Assembly: GCA_963668025.2 (NCBI GenBank)
Contig: CAXXTH010000017.1
Location: forward strand, 576,001 to 640,000
Direction of reading: 5' to 3'
DNA length: 64,000 nt
Origin: Candidatus Hydrogenedentota bacterium
GTDB taxonomy: Bacteria; Hydrogenedentota; Hydrogenedentia; Hydrogenedentales; SLHB01
Shown: positions 48,301-57,904 of the stretch, one piece after another
Layout of the letters: every line of letters begins with the position of its first letter
Position numbering within the stretch: the stretch's first letter is position 1
The notes under the pieces: generated by a model
Seen by the model: only the letters and a program-made list of their open reading frames with translations
What the model was told of the DNA's origin: nothing
Databases searched by the model: none
Translations under genes and position numbers: made by a program

Positions 48301-49469
48301 CCGTCGCCGAAAGCCTGGCGTATGGGAAGGTATGCCTGGCGTCGAACGCGGCGTCCATCCCCGAGATCGCACCCAGCCTCACGGACCTGCTCGATCCCTA
48401 TGATTTTGCCGCTTGGTACGCCGCGATTCTGCATTACGCCTTCAACGCGGCGGGGCGGCGGCATCGCGAGTCGGCCATCGCGCGGGATTATGTACGGACA
48501 AGCTGGGCGGATACCGCCCGACGCGTGGCGGCGCTGCTGGCGGAACCCATCGCCATGCGCACCGTGTGCCCTGGCTATGAATTCGGAACGGTCCTGGGAT
48601 TTGGCTCGGAACGCGAGCCGGGCATGCAGCCCGCCGAACCGTATAAAGCGGGCGGCTGGTGGCGGGCCGAGCGAAAAGCCGCCTGGACCGTTGGCCATAG
48701 CGCCTATGTGACGATGGAACTGCCGAAAGTGGAGGGGCCGCTGCTGCTGTTTTTATATGCGGCCCCGTACCGCAACGCCGCAAGCGCGCCCATCTCCGCG
48801 CAGGCCGTTATCAACGGCGAACCCGTGGCGCACTGGACCATCGCGGAACCGCGTAGGATTGCCGCCTTGATCCCAGCGGAAGCCGCCCGGCGCACGGGGC
48901 TGATGCGCTCGTGCATCATTGAATTGCGCATCGAGAATCCCTGCCGGCCAAGCAGCGAAAGCGATAGCGAAGATACGCGCCCCCTTGGACTATTTGTCGA
49001 ATCCCTTGAATTGCGGGCCGTGGCCCCATGCGCGCTGGATGAAGCCATCTCATTCGGCGTGGATGGCGGCGCGGGAAAATACCAATTTAGCGGATGGGGC
49101 AAACCCCAGGATAGCGCCACATGGACCAAAGAAGCCGAAGCGTCGCTGGCGCTGCGCCTCGAATCGCCGCCCGCTGGCGTGATGGAGCTTTGTATAGAAG
49201 CCAAGGCCTATGTTAATGAACGGAAACCGTCGCAAACCGTCGAAATTATCGCCAATGGCCATTTGTTGGAACGCGGCGTATGGGAAACGCCGGGCATCGA
49301 GCGGCGGCGGCTCCATGTGCCGCACGAAATCCTTGATAACCAAGACGCCCTGCTGCTCACCTTCCGATTCGAGCAGTTGCAATCGCCACGTGAATTAGGC
49401 TTGGGCGCGGACGACCGCAAACTGGGCCTGCTGGTGAAAAGCCTCATGTTGCGCCCCGAGGCTCCATAA
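45345..49469 (+). CDS. Multidomain GT4 glycosyltransferase (one degenerate and two intact GT-B modules, two C-terminal repeats)
   Basis: GRIEPRKNQ...EGASLSTLEA; DVRKNH...YEGWGIPVAE; two GW...WT...DxRxLGL repeats. Confidence 0.85.
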   Translation: MVSVHIIADKKSALFAAWAEKLARALDYVTWGHEPDFTAPIQYYIPYALYQSRVSERELALFMQPGSSMKPIERFTQAAADMDCCVCLSEACAAELYGLGAAQVEILPPPMDEEALDPCLTVGVPGSAFDDEGEGAALVAEVWGMPGVIWRFQGEGWPAPPDPTAHCSHRAFYQSVDCILIPSGSEQAACYAREALACGKIVIAPKLRWHAYASELHIYEQDSVIELKQVLSQLAARQAKPPSSSIDAWIAAHDALFQRIGSALPEDAREKRLSGPVGLWMEKQREGASRGGPSLRVPRTVAELRALGVRAGSIERRQLKFHRFSLVHGFNIWPPEAAGAFVEEARASGASIVFSPILLDLSESPLFEEEIPNLFKHAATSVEIDAGFAALRQRRAKEIEVGYALREGRSGLFGRIRRVLDAVDHVICLSEEERSLLHAMGVEPRAVSLVHNATDVEFYASGDPELFAQAYALREYVLCVGRIEPRKNQLTLLHALRGVDIPIVLLGHSETPDYLELVRRHAGPNVHIIDRLSAGSEMLASAYAGARVFVLPSWCEGASLSTLEAAAAGCALVLSDRSAEQEYFGEFARYCSPADPDALRAAVLDAWEHPLTPEARARQQAFIHEQYNWERHTRAITRVYEATLAAEKRPHRTLVCGSTLPHIYVDLTSSARRLGPPTGISRLETMCALHLQRVMPERITFVAWHWGLEAFSPITPGQLLDGSYKMLVHEGTGWDGDASQSEENHTPKRIERAGVPPFGLVDFEPGSLFLVMGGMWMNRKDYLDGLLATKRVRRLRLIGCVCDVIRAQFPYLYPEDISSHFTHMASRFLRMLDKAVAISACGARDLEAFCERRLIPLADLSVIRLGDEIGEITEPGGDVLAELQALLNGEPFVLCVSALDVRKNHTLLHRLWLRLIEQFGERTPHLVLVGAPSHHVDDLLAIMQHDEHLMRRVHISHEVRDGALDWLYRNCLFTVYPSLYEGWGIPVAESLAYGKVCLASNAASIPEIAPSLTDLLDPYDFAAWYAAILHYAFNAAGRRHRESAIARDYVRTSWADTARRVAALLAEPIAMRTVCPGYEFGTVLGFGSEREPGMQPAEPYKAGGWWRAERKAAWTVGHSAYVTMELPKVEGPLLLFLYAAPYRNAASAPISAQAVINGEPVAHWTIAEPRRIAALIPAEAARRTGLMRSCIIELRIENPCRPSSESDSEDTRPLGLFVESLELRAVAPCALDEAISFGVDGGAGKYQFSGWGKPQDSATWTKEAEASLALRLESPPAGVMELCIEAKAYVNERKPSQTVEIIANGHLLERGVWETPGIERRRLHVPHEILDNQDALLLTFRFEQLQSPRELGLGADDRKLGLLVKSLMLRPEAP

Positions 49470-49498
49470 GCAGCCTCCGTAGGCGATGCTATCTTAAT

Positions 49499-49546
49499 GC
49501 AGCATGGGCGTCTCGCCCCTGTGCATGGCCGGACGGCCATGCTACG
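49499..49546. repeat. REP-like palindromic doublet, copy 4 (inverted, degenerate)
   Basis: gcagcatgggcgtctcgcccctgtgcatggccggacggccatgctacg. Confidence 0.75.
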
Positions 49547-49693
49547 GAAATCATTGCCTTCATTACACGGTATTTTCTTGCACGGACAAGAACAACATGC
49601 CTTCTATCCGGCGCTGGTTAAAAAGGTTTTCCCTTAAGGATATAATGCGGTATTCTAGTGTTTCGGCTTCATGGAAAGGAAAAAATACATTAC

Positions 49694-50539
49694 ATGCGGA
49701 CGCTTGTTTTCGGCGTGAAGGGCCAATTGGGCCGTAATCTCTTGCGCGTCATGGGCGAAGCCGGTGAAACGGCGGGATACGATGTGCCCGAATTGGATAT
49801 TTGCAACACCGAAGCGGTGCGGTGCGCTATCGAAGCCTTTCAACCGGATGTAGTCATCAACGCAGCCGCATATACGGATGTCGAGAAGGCGGAATCGGAC
49901 CGGGAGGCGGCATTTCGCGTGAACCGGGACGGAGCGGCCGTGGCGGCGAAGGCCGCCCACGATGCGGGCGCGCGGATTATTTACTACAGCACCGATTTTG
50001 TGTTCGCTGGCAATAAACACACGCCCTACGAAATAGATGAGCCTATTGCACCCAAAGGCGTGTATGCGGAATCCAAGGCGGCGGGTGAAGAAGCCGTACG
50101 TGCGGCCCATCCCGGCGCGGCGATCATCCGTACGGCCTGGCTCTATGGCCCCGGCGGAAACCATTTTATCGAGAAAATTCTGCGTGCGGCAGCCCGGCCC
50201 AGCCTGCGCGTGGTCGAAGATGAAATAGGCTCGCCGACATTCACTCAGGATTTAGGTGAAGCGACACGCGCCCTGTGTAATGTGAATACCGCCGGGATTT
50301 TCCACGCGGTCAACGAGGGCGCATGCTCGCGGTTTGAATTCGCACAGGCCATATTGCGGCTTGCAGGGATAAATATCCCCGTCGAGCCGTGCAAGGCCAC
50401 CGAGTTTCCAAGCGCCGCGCCGCGCCCATCCTACTCGGTATTGTCCAATGCGGCGCTCGAAGCGGCCTGCGGGTATCACATGCCGCCATGGGAAGATGCG
50501 CTGGCGCGCTATATGCTCGGAAGGGAGAAACAATCATGA
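49694..50539 (+). CDS. rfbD: dTDP-4-dehydrorhamnose reductase
   Basis: GVKGQLG, NAAAYTDV, STDFVF, YAESK and PRP. Confidence 0.95.
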   Translation: MRTLVFGVKGQLGRNLLRVMGEAGETAGYDVPELDICNTEAVRCAIEAFQPDVVINAAAYTDVEKAESDREAAFRVNRDGAAVAAKAAHDAGARIIYYSTDFVFAGNKHTPYEIDEPIAPKGVYAESKAAGEEAVRAAHPGAAIIRTAWLYGPGGNHFIEKILRAAARPSLRVVEDEIGSPTFTQDLGEATRALCNVNTAGIFHAVNEGACSRFEFAQAILRLAGINIPVEPCKATEFPSAAPRPSYSVLSNAALEAACGYHMPPWEDALARYMLGREKQS

Positions 50540-51534
50540 CACGCATGATGGTGACAGGGGGCGCGGGATTCATCGGGTCGAATTTCGTGCGCTACCAGCT
50601 TAAAACGTATCCGGATGTCCATATCATCAATTTCGACAAGCTCACCTACGCGGGCAATATGGATAATCTGAAAGGGCTTGACGAGGCGCGCCACACGTTC
50701 ATTAAAGGCGACCTCGCCGACGCAGACGCCGTGGATGCGGCGGCGGCGGGCTGTGACTGGCTCGTTAATTTCGCCGCTGATACGCATGTAGACCGCAGCA
50801 TCCTGGGCGCGGCGGACTTCATCGCAACGAATGTCACCGGCGTCCACCACCTCGCGGAAGCGGCGCGCAAGCACGGCGTGAAACGCCTGTTGCTGGTCTC
50901 GACGGATGAGGTGTACGGCAGCATCTCCGCAGGTACGTTCCGGGAAACGGACCGGCTCAATCCGCGTAATCCCTATTCGGCGAGCAAAGCAGGCGGCGAA
51001 TTGCTGGGCATGTCGTACTTCCACACGTTTGGCCTGCCGGTCATCGTGACGCGCGGCTCAAACACCTACGGGCCATACCAGTATCCCGAAAAAGTCCTGC
51101 CGCTTTTCGTGACCAACGCTATCGACAACGAACCGCTGCCCCTGTACGGCGATGGCCGGAACATGCGGGATTGGCTGTATGTGCGCGATCATGCACGCGG
51201 CATTGATTGCGCCCTGCGCCACGGCGAACCGGGGCAAATCTACAACATCGCGGGCGGCAACGAGAGGGAGAACATCGTTCTCACGAAACGCATCTTGCAC
51301 GAAACCGGGCGCGGGGAAGAGTTGATCAAGCCCGTGCAGGATCGCCCCGGGCACGACCGGCGCTACGCCATCGATTCCGACAAACTAAAATCCCTCGGAT
51401 GGAAGCCCGAAATGGACTGGGATGAAGGCATCCGCCTCACCGTCCAGTGGTATAAAGACAACGAGTGGTGGTGGCGCAAGATCAAGAATGGCGAGTTCCG
51501 CGCTTATTACGAACGGCAATACGCGGGGCGATAA
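50536..51534 (+). CDS. rfbB: dTDP-glucose 4,6-dehydratase
   Basis: TGGAGFIGSNF, DKLTYAG, HVDRSI, STDEVYG, YSASK and RPGHDRRY. Confidence 0.96.
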   Translation: MTRMMVTGGAGFIGSNFVRYQLKTYPDVHIINFDKLTYAGNMDNLKGLDEARHTFIKGDLADADAVDAAAAGCDWLVNFAADTHVDRSILGAADFIATNVTGVHHLAEAARKHGVKRLLLVSTDEVYGSISAGTFRETDRLNPRNPYSASKAGGELLGMSYFHTFGLPVIVTRGSNTYGPYQYPEKVLPLFVTNAIDNEPLPLYGDGRNMRDWLYVRDHARGIDCALRHGEPGQIYNIAGGNERENIVLTKRILHETGRGEELIKPVQDRPGHDRRYAIDSDKLKSLGWKPEMDWDEGIRLTVQWYKDNEWWWRKIKNGEFRAYYERQYAGR

Positions 51535-51546
51535 CGGCCTCTCCCT

Positions 51547-53571
51547 TCATCCTGCCGGAGCGCTATGTGCATCCTGATCCGAAGCGGGCTCCACGCGCAA
51601 TAGCACGGTTTCGCAGGGAGCGAGGGTCAACGGGAGTTCCTGGCATACATCGGGAAACATGCGCGAGCCAAAGGCGTCCACTATGCGCGCGGGAAAGGGC
51701 AGATGGATTTGCCTAACGCCGCCTGGCGCGGAGTGGATGCCCAGCCAGCCCCGGCCCGCGTACAGCACGTCGTCCTCGTCATCATAAATGTGCACGCCCG
51801 CCTTGCGGGCCAGAGCGCGCAGCTCGGCGGCGGTCCACTGGTATTTCCCCGGCAACACCTCCGGTGCGACGGCTTGCGGACGGCGGATTTCCGTACCCTC
51901 TTGATAGGTTCGGGACACGGTGGCTCCGGCGTCGGTCCAACGTTGGAGCAGCGCGTTTTCCGCATCCGATAGGTTGCAGACCCCGAGCAGCCACACCCAC
52001 CGGTATTGGCCATCGAGCACTTGGGGCGAAATGGCCGCCATATCCGTGCGCAAGTAAAACTCATAAGGGGCGCCTATTCTTCCTAAAGGATGCCGGTTGG
52101 CCAGGACAGGAGCGGCAAGTTGTCCGAAGCTGGCATCCCAAGACGTGAATTCTTCATCCGCAATGACACATGCTTGGGCCTTCATCCGCGGTATCTCGCG
52201 CGGCGGCTGGGCCGCGTACAATTCCTGGGTGCGGCGCAACACCGCCAGCAAGCGAGGCTCGCTGAACCAGCCGCCCCACATATCAAACCACCAGCCGCCA
52301 TAGCCGCCCGCCAGCATACGCGCGGCGTTCTTGCGCAGAAAGGCCACCGACTCCTCGGCCGTGGTGGGGCCGAGCCACACACCGCTGGCGTATTGGCCGG
52401 GCGGGCACAGATCAGGAGCCTGATCTTTCAACAGCGTGGTCTTGAACGTGCGCGTATCATTTTCCGCCAGCCACAGTTTGCCATGAAGCTGGACCGAGTC
52501 CACGGCGGCCATGGGCGGCCAGTCTTCCCCCGCCACGCGGTAATAGTCATTGGGGCTGGAAAGGTAGTCCAGATCCGGACAGCGCAACAGCTTGCTCAAC
52601 GCGAAATGCCCAAAGCGGGGATCGGGGAGGTTGAAATGATAACCATAGAACGCGCCTGTCAACAGCTTGCCGTCGCTCGCTTCTTTCACCACATGGCAGA
52701 AAAACGCGATGTCATCCACTATTTGCTCGCTGTGGAACCGGAGGGTGTCGAAAATGGGCTGGTCCGTATCGGTTTTCCGCCAGCGCAGGGCCGATGGGGC
52801 CGTGGAAAGGTCCACGGGCTCTGCCGTGTCGAACGTGATATCCGCGCCGCCCCATGCCTTGCGCAAAGCCTTCACATCGCAGTGATACGCATCCGATAGC
52901 CAGATGCGAAACGCGGTGGTCCGCGCCGGATTGAGGTCGTTCAGCATGCCGCCACGGTGGTACATCCATTCCTCCGTTCCCCCAGCGGCTACATGAATCC
53001 CGATGAGCCGCTCCGCGTAGAGGGAGCCGCTTAATTGGCGCAGACATTCGCGCATCGCTTCGGCCGTGGCCTCGCGATATAGCGGCGAGGAGAAGCATTC
53101 ACGGAACGTCGTGCCATCCGCCAACTGGCAGCAGCCTTCCGGATGGGCATTCTCCCACCATTGGGGAGGATCAAGGTAAAGCCGCAAGATGACCAGCGCC
53201 TGGGGATCCGCGTTCAGCAGCACCTTGAAAGCATTGAACACCGGCCCTAGGTCATAGGCGTTCTCGGCCATCCAGAGGGGAGGATTGAACGCGCCAATCC
53301 CCGATTGGGCGTTAATCCCCCGTCCGCCCAAGTTCATAGGCAGGCAATAGAGGTGAATCCCCGTGGACGCGGCATCACGATAATAGGGCTCCCGGCCAAG
53401 ATAGGACATATAGGCGAACGGCGGAACCGTTTTACCGCCGATTTGCAGCGTAGGAATACCGCCGTCCATCACGATGCGGGCTATCGCGGCTTCAGAGGAC
53501 TGCAAAACGGAAGCGCCCGAAAAAAGTATGCACACCAACACGGATCTCGCTAAAGGGCTAAGCATATGCAT
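51547..53571 (-). CDS. Secreted glycoside hydrolase (beta-galactosidase/GH42-like TIM barrel)
   Basis: Signal-peptide-like N-terminus; GGTEEW, GAFYGY, LSSPNDY, AENDTRT and WWFDM. Confidence 0.7.
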   Translation of the reverse strand: MHMLSPLARSVLVCILFSGASVLQSSEAAIARIVMDGGIPTLQIGGKTVPPFAYMSYLGREPYYRDAASTGIHLYCLPMNLGGRGINAQSGIGAFNPPLWMAENAYDLGPVFNAFKVLLNADPQALVILRLYLDPPQWWENAHPEGCCQLADGTTFRECFSSPLYREATAEAMRECLRQLSGSLYAERLIGIHVAAGGTEEWMYHRGGMLNDLNPARTTAFRIWLSDAYHCDVKALRKAWGGADITFDTAEPVDLSTAPSALRWRKTDTDQPIFDTLRFHSEQIVDDIAFFCHVVKEASDGKLLTGAFYGYHFNLPDPRFGHFALSKLLRCPDLDYLSSPNDYYRVAGEDWPPMAAVDSVQLHGKLWLAENDTRTFKTTLLKDQAPDLCPPGQYASGVWLGPTTAEESVAFLRKNAARMLAGGYGGWWFDMWGGWFSEPRLLAVLRRTQELYAAQPPREIPRMKAQACVIADEEFTSWDASFGQLAAPVLANRHPLGRIGAPYEFYLRTDMAAISPQVLDGQYRWVWLLGVCNLSDAENALLQRWTDAGATVSRTYQEGTEIRRPQAVAPEVLPGKYQWTAAELRALARKAGVHIYDDEDDVLYAGRGWLGIHSAPGGVRQIHLPFPARIVDAFGSRMFPDVCQELPLTLAPCETVLLRVEPASDQDAHSAPAG

Positions 53572-53823
53572 GAGCAAATCTCCCTTCCAAGCTGTTATAG
53601 ACGGGATTTGCGCCATAAACAAGGCTGGAGCGCAAGACACGAGACAGCAATGCATTCTCGCTGCGTCAATCCCGTGCAAAGGGCCTTCTAAAAACGTCTC
53701 ATGGGCGAATCCGCACCGCCGCAAATCGCAAAAGGCCATTCGAGTCGAAGCTTCCGAACTCCAAACTCTTTGCAAGAAAGGACTTAGCGCTTGTATGGAG
53801 TGCGGCGGCTTGCTACCGTTTTA

Positions 53824-54102
53824 GTAACACTTTAGCGGACTGAAGCAAGAGCTGCTTTTTTTGACATGATTTACAAGATGGACAAGATTGGACAAGACCG
53901 CCAGGGTTATTTGCAGATTTGAAAATTACTCTGAAAAGTGTCCGGGCGCATTCTTTTGTGTAGCAAAATTGCCATCAAAAAAATCTTGTCTCATCTTGTA
54001 AATCATGTCTAAAAATGAATGCCTCCATCATAGGCGGTTTATTATGTATTCTCAGTTCAAAGACCGTCCCGATGTTTTTACTTCAATCTGCTAAAGTGTT
54101 AC
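53824..54102. mobile_element. MITE, 279 bp, with 16-bp TIRs and an 8-bp target-site duplication
   Basis: gtaacactttagcgga ... tctgctaaagtgttac (15/16 match); flanked by ccgtttta at 53816-23 and 54103-10. Confidence 0.88.
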
Positions 54103-54347
54103 CCGTTTTATTGTTTTCTTTCGGTGCAAGTAGATCGTTTTCCGGTCTTGCGGCTTGCCAGCTCTGTTTTTGTAGATCCCCGCAAATGGGAATCCTGGGC
54201 GTTCCCTGTGAATCCCCGTTCACGCCAAAATACACCCTATGGCTGATTCAAGCGGTTAAAGTGTCATAAATCATAAACCTTGCCAACACGCCCGCCAATT
54301 GGCACAATAACGCAAACACTATCTCGACACCTGGAAGGAGACACTTC

Positions 54348-55583
54348 ATGAGCACATTTCAACACATCCATATCCCTGCGGGCGAACCGATCACGGTGCA
54401 GCCATCGGGCGGGCTTCAAACTCCGGATAAACCTATCATCGCTTTCATCGAAGGCGATGGCACCGGGCCGGACATTTGGCGCGCATCGAAACACATTTTC
54501 GACTCCGCCGTGAAACACTGTTATGCCGGCAAACGCGAGATCGCCTGGATGGAAGTATACGCGGGCGAAAAAGCCAATACTCTGTATGGCGCCTATTTAC
54601 CCGATGAGACCGTGGACGCCATCCGTGAATACGTCGTCGCCATCAAGGGGCCGCTGACGACGCCTATCGGCGGCGGATTCCGCAGCCTGAATGTGACGTT
54701 GCGCCAGGTGCTCGACCTGTTCGCGTGCGTCCGCCCGGTCCGGTATTTCGAGGGCGTCCCCAGCCCCGTGAAACATCCCGAGAAGGTGGACATGGTCATT
54801 TTCCGCGAAAACACGGAAGACGTGTATTCGGGCCTCGAACTCGAAGAAGGGACGCCGGAAGCGGCAGGGCTCATCGATTTCTTGAAGGAACGTTATGGCT
54901 GGAAGATCCGGCCCGATTCCGGTATTGGGATCAAGCCTATCAGCGCCACGTGCAGCAAGCGCTTGGTGCGCGCTGCTATCCGATACGCCGCAAAGCATGG
55001 CCTCAAGAGCGTCACACTCGTTCATAAAGGCAACATCATGAAATACACCGAAGGCGCTTTCCGCAAATGGGGCTATGAGCTCGTGCGCGAGGAATTCTCC
55101 GATATCGCCGTGAGCTGGGACGATTGCAACGGCGAACCCGGCGATAAGATCCTTGTGAAAGACACCATCGCCGATATCTTCCTCCAGCAGGTGCTGACAC
55201 GCCCCGAAGAATTCGATGTGGTGGCCACCATGAACCTGAACGGCGATTATGCCAGCGACGCCCTTGCGGCCCAAGTGGGCGGCATCGGCATCGCGCCGGG
55301 GGCTAATATCAACTACGAAACCGGCGCGGCCATCTTCGAAGCCACCCACGGCACTGCCCCCAAATACGCGAACCAGGACAAAGTCAATCCGAGCAGCGTC
55401 GTCCTCTCGGGCATCATGATGTTCGAGCACATGGGCTGGACCGAAGTATCCGACACCATCATCAACGCCATGGTAAAGACTTTCAAAGCCAAGACCGTGA
55501 CCTACGACTTCGCACGGCTCATGGAAGGGGCCAAGCTGCTTAAATGCAGCGAATTCGCCCAAGCCGTCGTGGACAACATGTAA
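54348..55583 (+). CDS. icd: NADP-dependent isocitrate dehydrogenase
   Basis: [33 protein letters not shown] and [10 protein letters not shown]. Confidence 0.97.
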   Translation: MSTFQHIHIPAGEPITVQPSGGLQTPDKPIIAFIEGDGTGPDIWRASKHIFDSAVKHCYAGKREIAWMEVYAGEKANTLYGAYLPDETVDAIREYVVAIKGPLTTPIGGGFRSLNVTLRQVLDLFACVRPVRYFEGVPSPVKHPEKVDMVIFRENTEDVYSGLELEEGTPEAAGLIDFLKERYGWKIRPDSGIGIKPISATCSKRLVRAAIRYAAKHGLKSVTLVHKGNIMKYTEGAFRKWGYELVREEFSDIAVSWDDCNGEPGDKILVKDTIADIFLQQVLTRPEEFDVVATMNLNGDYASDALAAQVGGIGIAPGANINYETGAAIFEATHGTAPKYANQDKVNPSSVVLSGIMMFEHMGWTEVSDTIINAMVKTFKAKTVTYDFARLMEGAKLLKCSEFAQAVVDNM

Positions 55584-55602
55584 CCACAAGACGCCGTAAC
55601 AT

Positions 55603-55628
55603 GCGGGGCGGTTTAAACGCCGCCCCGC
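55603..55628. terminator. Hairpin between convergent icd and kinase genes
   Basis: gcggggcgg-tttaaacg-ccgccccgc. Confidence 0.65.
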
Positions 55629-55662
55629 TTATAGGCTTGGCATGCCGAGGTGTGCTTAGCGG

Positions 55663-56832
55663 TTATAACGCATCAGACAAAGGCAGGCACAGGCGGAATT
55701 CCGTCCCCTCGCTGGGCGATGAAGTAAAGCTAACCTTGCCCTTCAAGAATTTCTCGCCGAACAGCTTCATCGAATACGTGCCTATTCCACGCCCCGAATC
55801 GGCTTTGGTACTAAAATGCCGCTGGAATATGCGGGGCGCGACCGTATCGAGAATCGCTTGGTCATTCCATACACAAAAACAAAGCGCATGGTCTTGCGAA
55901 TCTATCTTGAGCCGGACTTCACCTCCAGGTTCGGTCGCTTCAAAAGCATTGAGCACCATGTTGGTCAATACTCGAAGCACAAGCGTGGCGTCGGAACAGA
56001 TGGATAGAGACGGCTCAATATGGGGAACCGCCAGCCGCTTGCCTTGCGCGGCGGGATGATTGATGAACGCCTCTTGTATATCATAGATAATCTGTCCGAT
56101 GAACATCTCTTGTGGAGAGACTTGGTATTCGAAGACGCCCTGCCGCAGCAACATGGCTTGCAGCTTAACTTCATCCGTTAAACGCATAGAAAGGGCATAA
56201 ATGATCTCTATCAACTCACGAGATGGCTCATTGTTATCATCGAGCGCCAGCAAATAGCAATTACCCGCCAATCCGGACACGAGATTAATGATATCGTGGA
56301 AAAACGTCCGCTCCAGCATGGCCCAGCGTTCATACGCCGTGATATCCTGTAAAAAGAGCACTACGAATGGCCGGTCATCCAAAATAATCCGGCATGCCCG
56401 GACCCGCAGGCTGATATCGGTTTCTTGGCCGTTCACGAGCGCGGTTAATGCGCATTTCCGTTCCACCGGCTCAGCGCTGGCGAGGCTGGATACAATTGCA
56501 ATAGCCGCACCGCACGTGGCGCATGGCTTCGCCGTTCCACATCCACCGGACATTTCAGATGCATGCACGCAATTCACCACTTCGCCGGGGCGCATGCCGA
56601 GCATTGTGGCGGCATCGCTAATTCCCAGCATTTTCAGGAATGTCTCATTCATAGCCAGCACTTGCCGGTGTTCATTCAATATGGCGAGAATGCCGCTTGC
56701 AGCAGTCAGCAGGCCCTTGATCACCGGATGCCCTGAAATGTAATCGATATCCTGCTGAAGCTGTTCTTTAGGAATCCTGGCTGCTGATGCAAAATATGTG
56801 TCATTCATGGAAGGGTTCCTTGCGCTGTTCAT
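55663..56832 (-). CDS. Cytoplasmic PAS sensor histidine kinase with Cys-rich insert
   Basis: H-box FFHDIIN, NMVLNAFEA and FSTK..GRGIG. Confidence 0.85.
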   Translation of the reverse strand: MNSARNPSMNDTYFASAARIPKEQLQQDIDYISGHPVIKGLLTAASGILAILNEHRQVLAMNETFLKMLGISDAATMLGMRPGEVVNCVHASEMSGGCGTAKPCATCGAAIAIVSSLASAEPVERKCALTALVNGQETDISLRVRACRIILDDRPFVVLFLQDITAYERWAMLERTFFHDIINLVSGLAGNCYLLALDDNNEPSRELIEIIYALSMRLTDEVKLQAMLLRQGVFEYQVSPQEMFIGQIIYDIQEAFINHPAAQGKRLAVPHIEPSLSICSDATLVLRVLTNMVLNAFEATEPGGEVRLKIDSQDHALCFCVWNDQAILDTVAPRIFQRHFSTKADSGRGIGTYSMKLFGEKFLKGKVSFTSSPSEGTEFRLCLPLSDAL

Positions 56833-56912
56833 CGTCCAATCAGATGGAATATTACCATACTCGAATGCAATTACGCCGATTCATTACGCCGATTCATGAT
56901 TCTTATCCGCCC

Positions 56913-57833
56913 CTACGAGCGGGGATGGAATTGCTTATGGGCGCGGCCCAGGCGCTCCGCGCTGACATGGGTGTAGATCTGCGTGGTGGCAATGTCGGCA
57001 TGGCCAAGCATTTCCTGTACATCACGCAGGCCCGCGCCATTATCGAGAAGATGCGTGGCGAAGGAATGCCGGAGCATATGGGGCGTCACGTTCATCGGCA
57101 CATTCGCGGCCCGGGCGTAGCGCTTGACGAGGCTCCATATGGACGAACGGTGCATTCGCTTGCCCCGGCTTGATACAAACAGGGTGTCATCCAGTACTTT
57201 CCCTCGAGCGCGCACCTCCAGCCAGCGGGCCAACCGTTCCCGCGCCTGGCTTCCCAATGGCACCAAACGCACTTTGGTTCCTTTCCCGCGCACGCGGACG
57301 GCGCTCTCCTCGAGCGACACGTTGCGCAACGGCAGATTAGCCAGCTCAGAAATCCGCAGGCCGCTCGAATAAAACAATTCGAGAATGGCCGCGTCGCGCA
57401 ATCCCTCATCGGTTGTTTTATCCGGCATGGCGAGCAAACACTCGAGGCTCAGGGGAGACAGCACATCCGGCAAGGCGCGGGTGAGATGGGGCTGCTCGAA
57501 TCCGTCCGACGGATCGTGCGCGGCAAGGCGTTCGTCACGCAAAAAACGATGAAACCGGCGGATGGCGCTCAAGTGGCGCGCCGCCGAGCGCGCGCATAAT
57601 CCGCTCTTGCGCATCTCGATGAGATGATCGAGAATATGCTCCCGCGTGGCCTCGCCGATATCATGCACGCCACGCCGTTCGAGGAAAGCAAGATACGTAC
57701 GCACATCCGCGGCGTATGCAGCCAGCGTTTTCTCTGATAGCCCTGCTTCAAAAATGATCATCTGCAAGAATTGATCATGCAGCGGAGCCAGCGGGCCAAG
57801 CGCTTCCGCCGCGTCTTCTGCTTCTGTTTTCAT
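56913..57833 (-). CDS. xerD: Site-specific tyrosine recombinase XerD
   Basis: GLRISEL, RGKG.K.R, HMLRHSFATHLL and LGHADIATTQIY. Confidence 0.88.
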   Translation of the reverse strand: MKTEAEDAAEALGPLAPLHDQFLQMIIFEAGLSEKTLAAYAADVRTYLAFLERRGVHDIGEATREHILDHLIEMRKSGLCARSAARHLSAIRRFHRFLRDERLAAHDPSDGFEQPHLTRALPDVLSPLSLECLLAMPDKTTDEGLRDAAILELFYSSGLRISELANLPLRNVSLEESAVRVRGKGTKVRLVPLGSQARERLARWLEVRARGKVLDDTLFVSSRGKRMHRSSIWSLVKRYARAANVPMNVTPHMLRHSFATHLLDNGAGLRDVQEMLGHADIATTQIYTHVSAERLGRAHKQFHPRS

Positions 57834-57904
57834 GGCCTATATCCTGCCTTGCCGGAAACCGAAGTGCAAGGCGCGCGCATGTGGGCGTCTCTTATCCATT
57901 TTGC

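Noticed and set aside
54299-54316. Sigma54 promoter before icd (TGGCACAATAACGC)
   Set aside because: The GG-to-GC spacing is 9 rather than the required 10, and the TTGC element is missing.
56913-57833. Integrase of a prophage or island
   Set aside because: The sequence fits housekeeping XerD; no att or tRNA site or phage genes are nearby.
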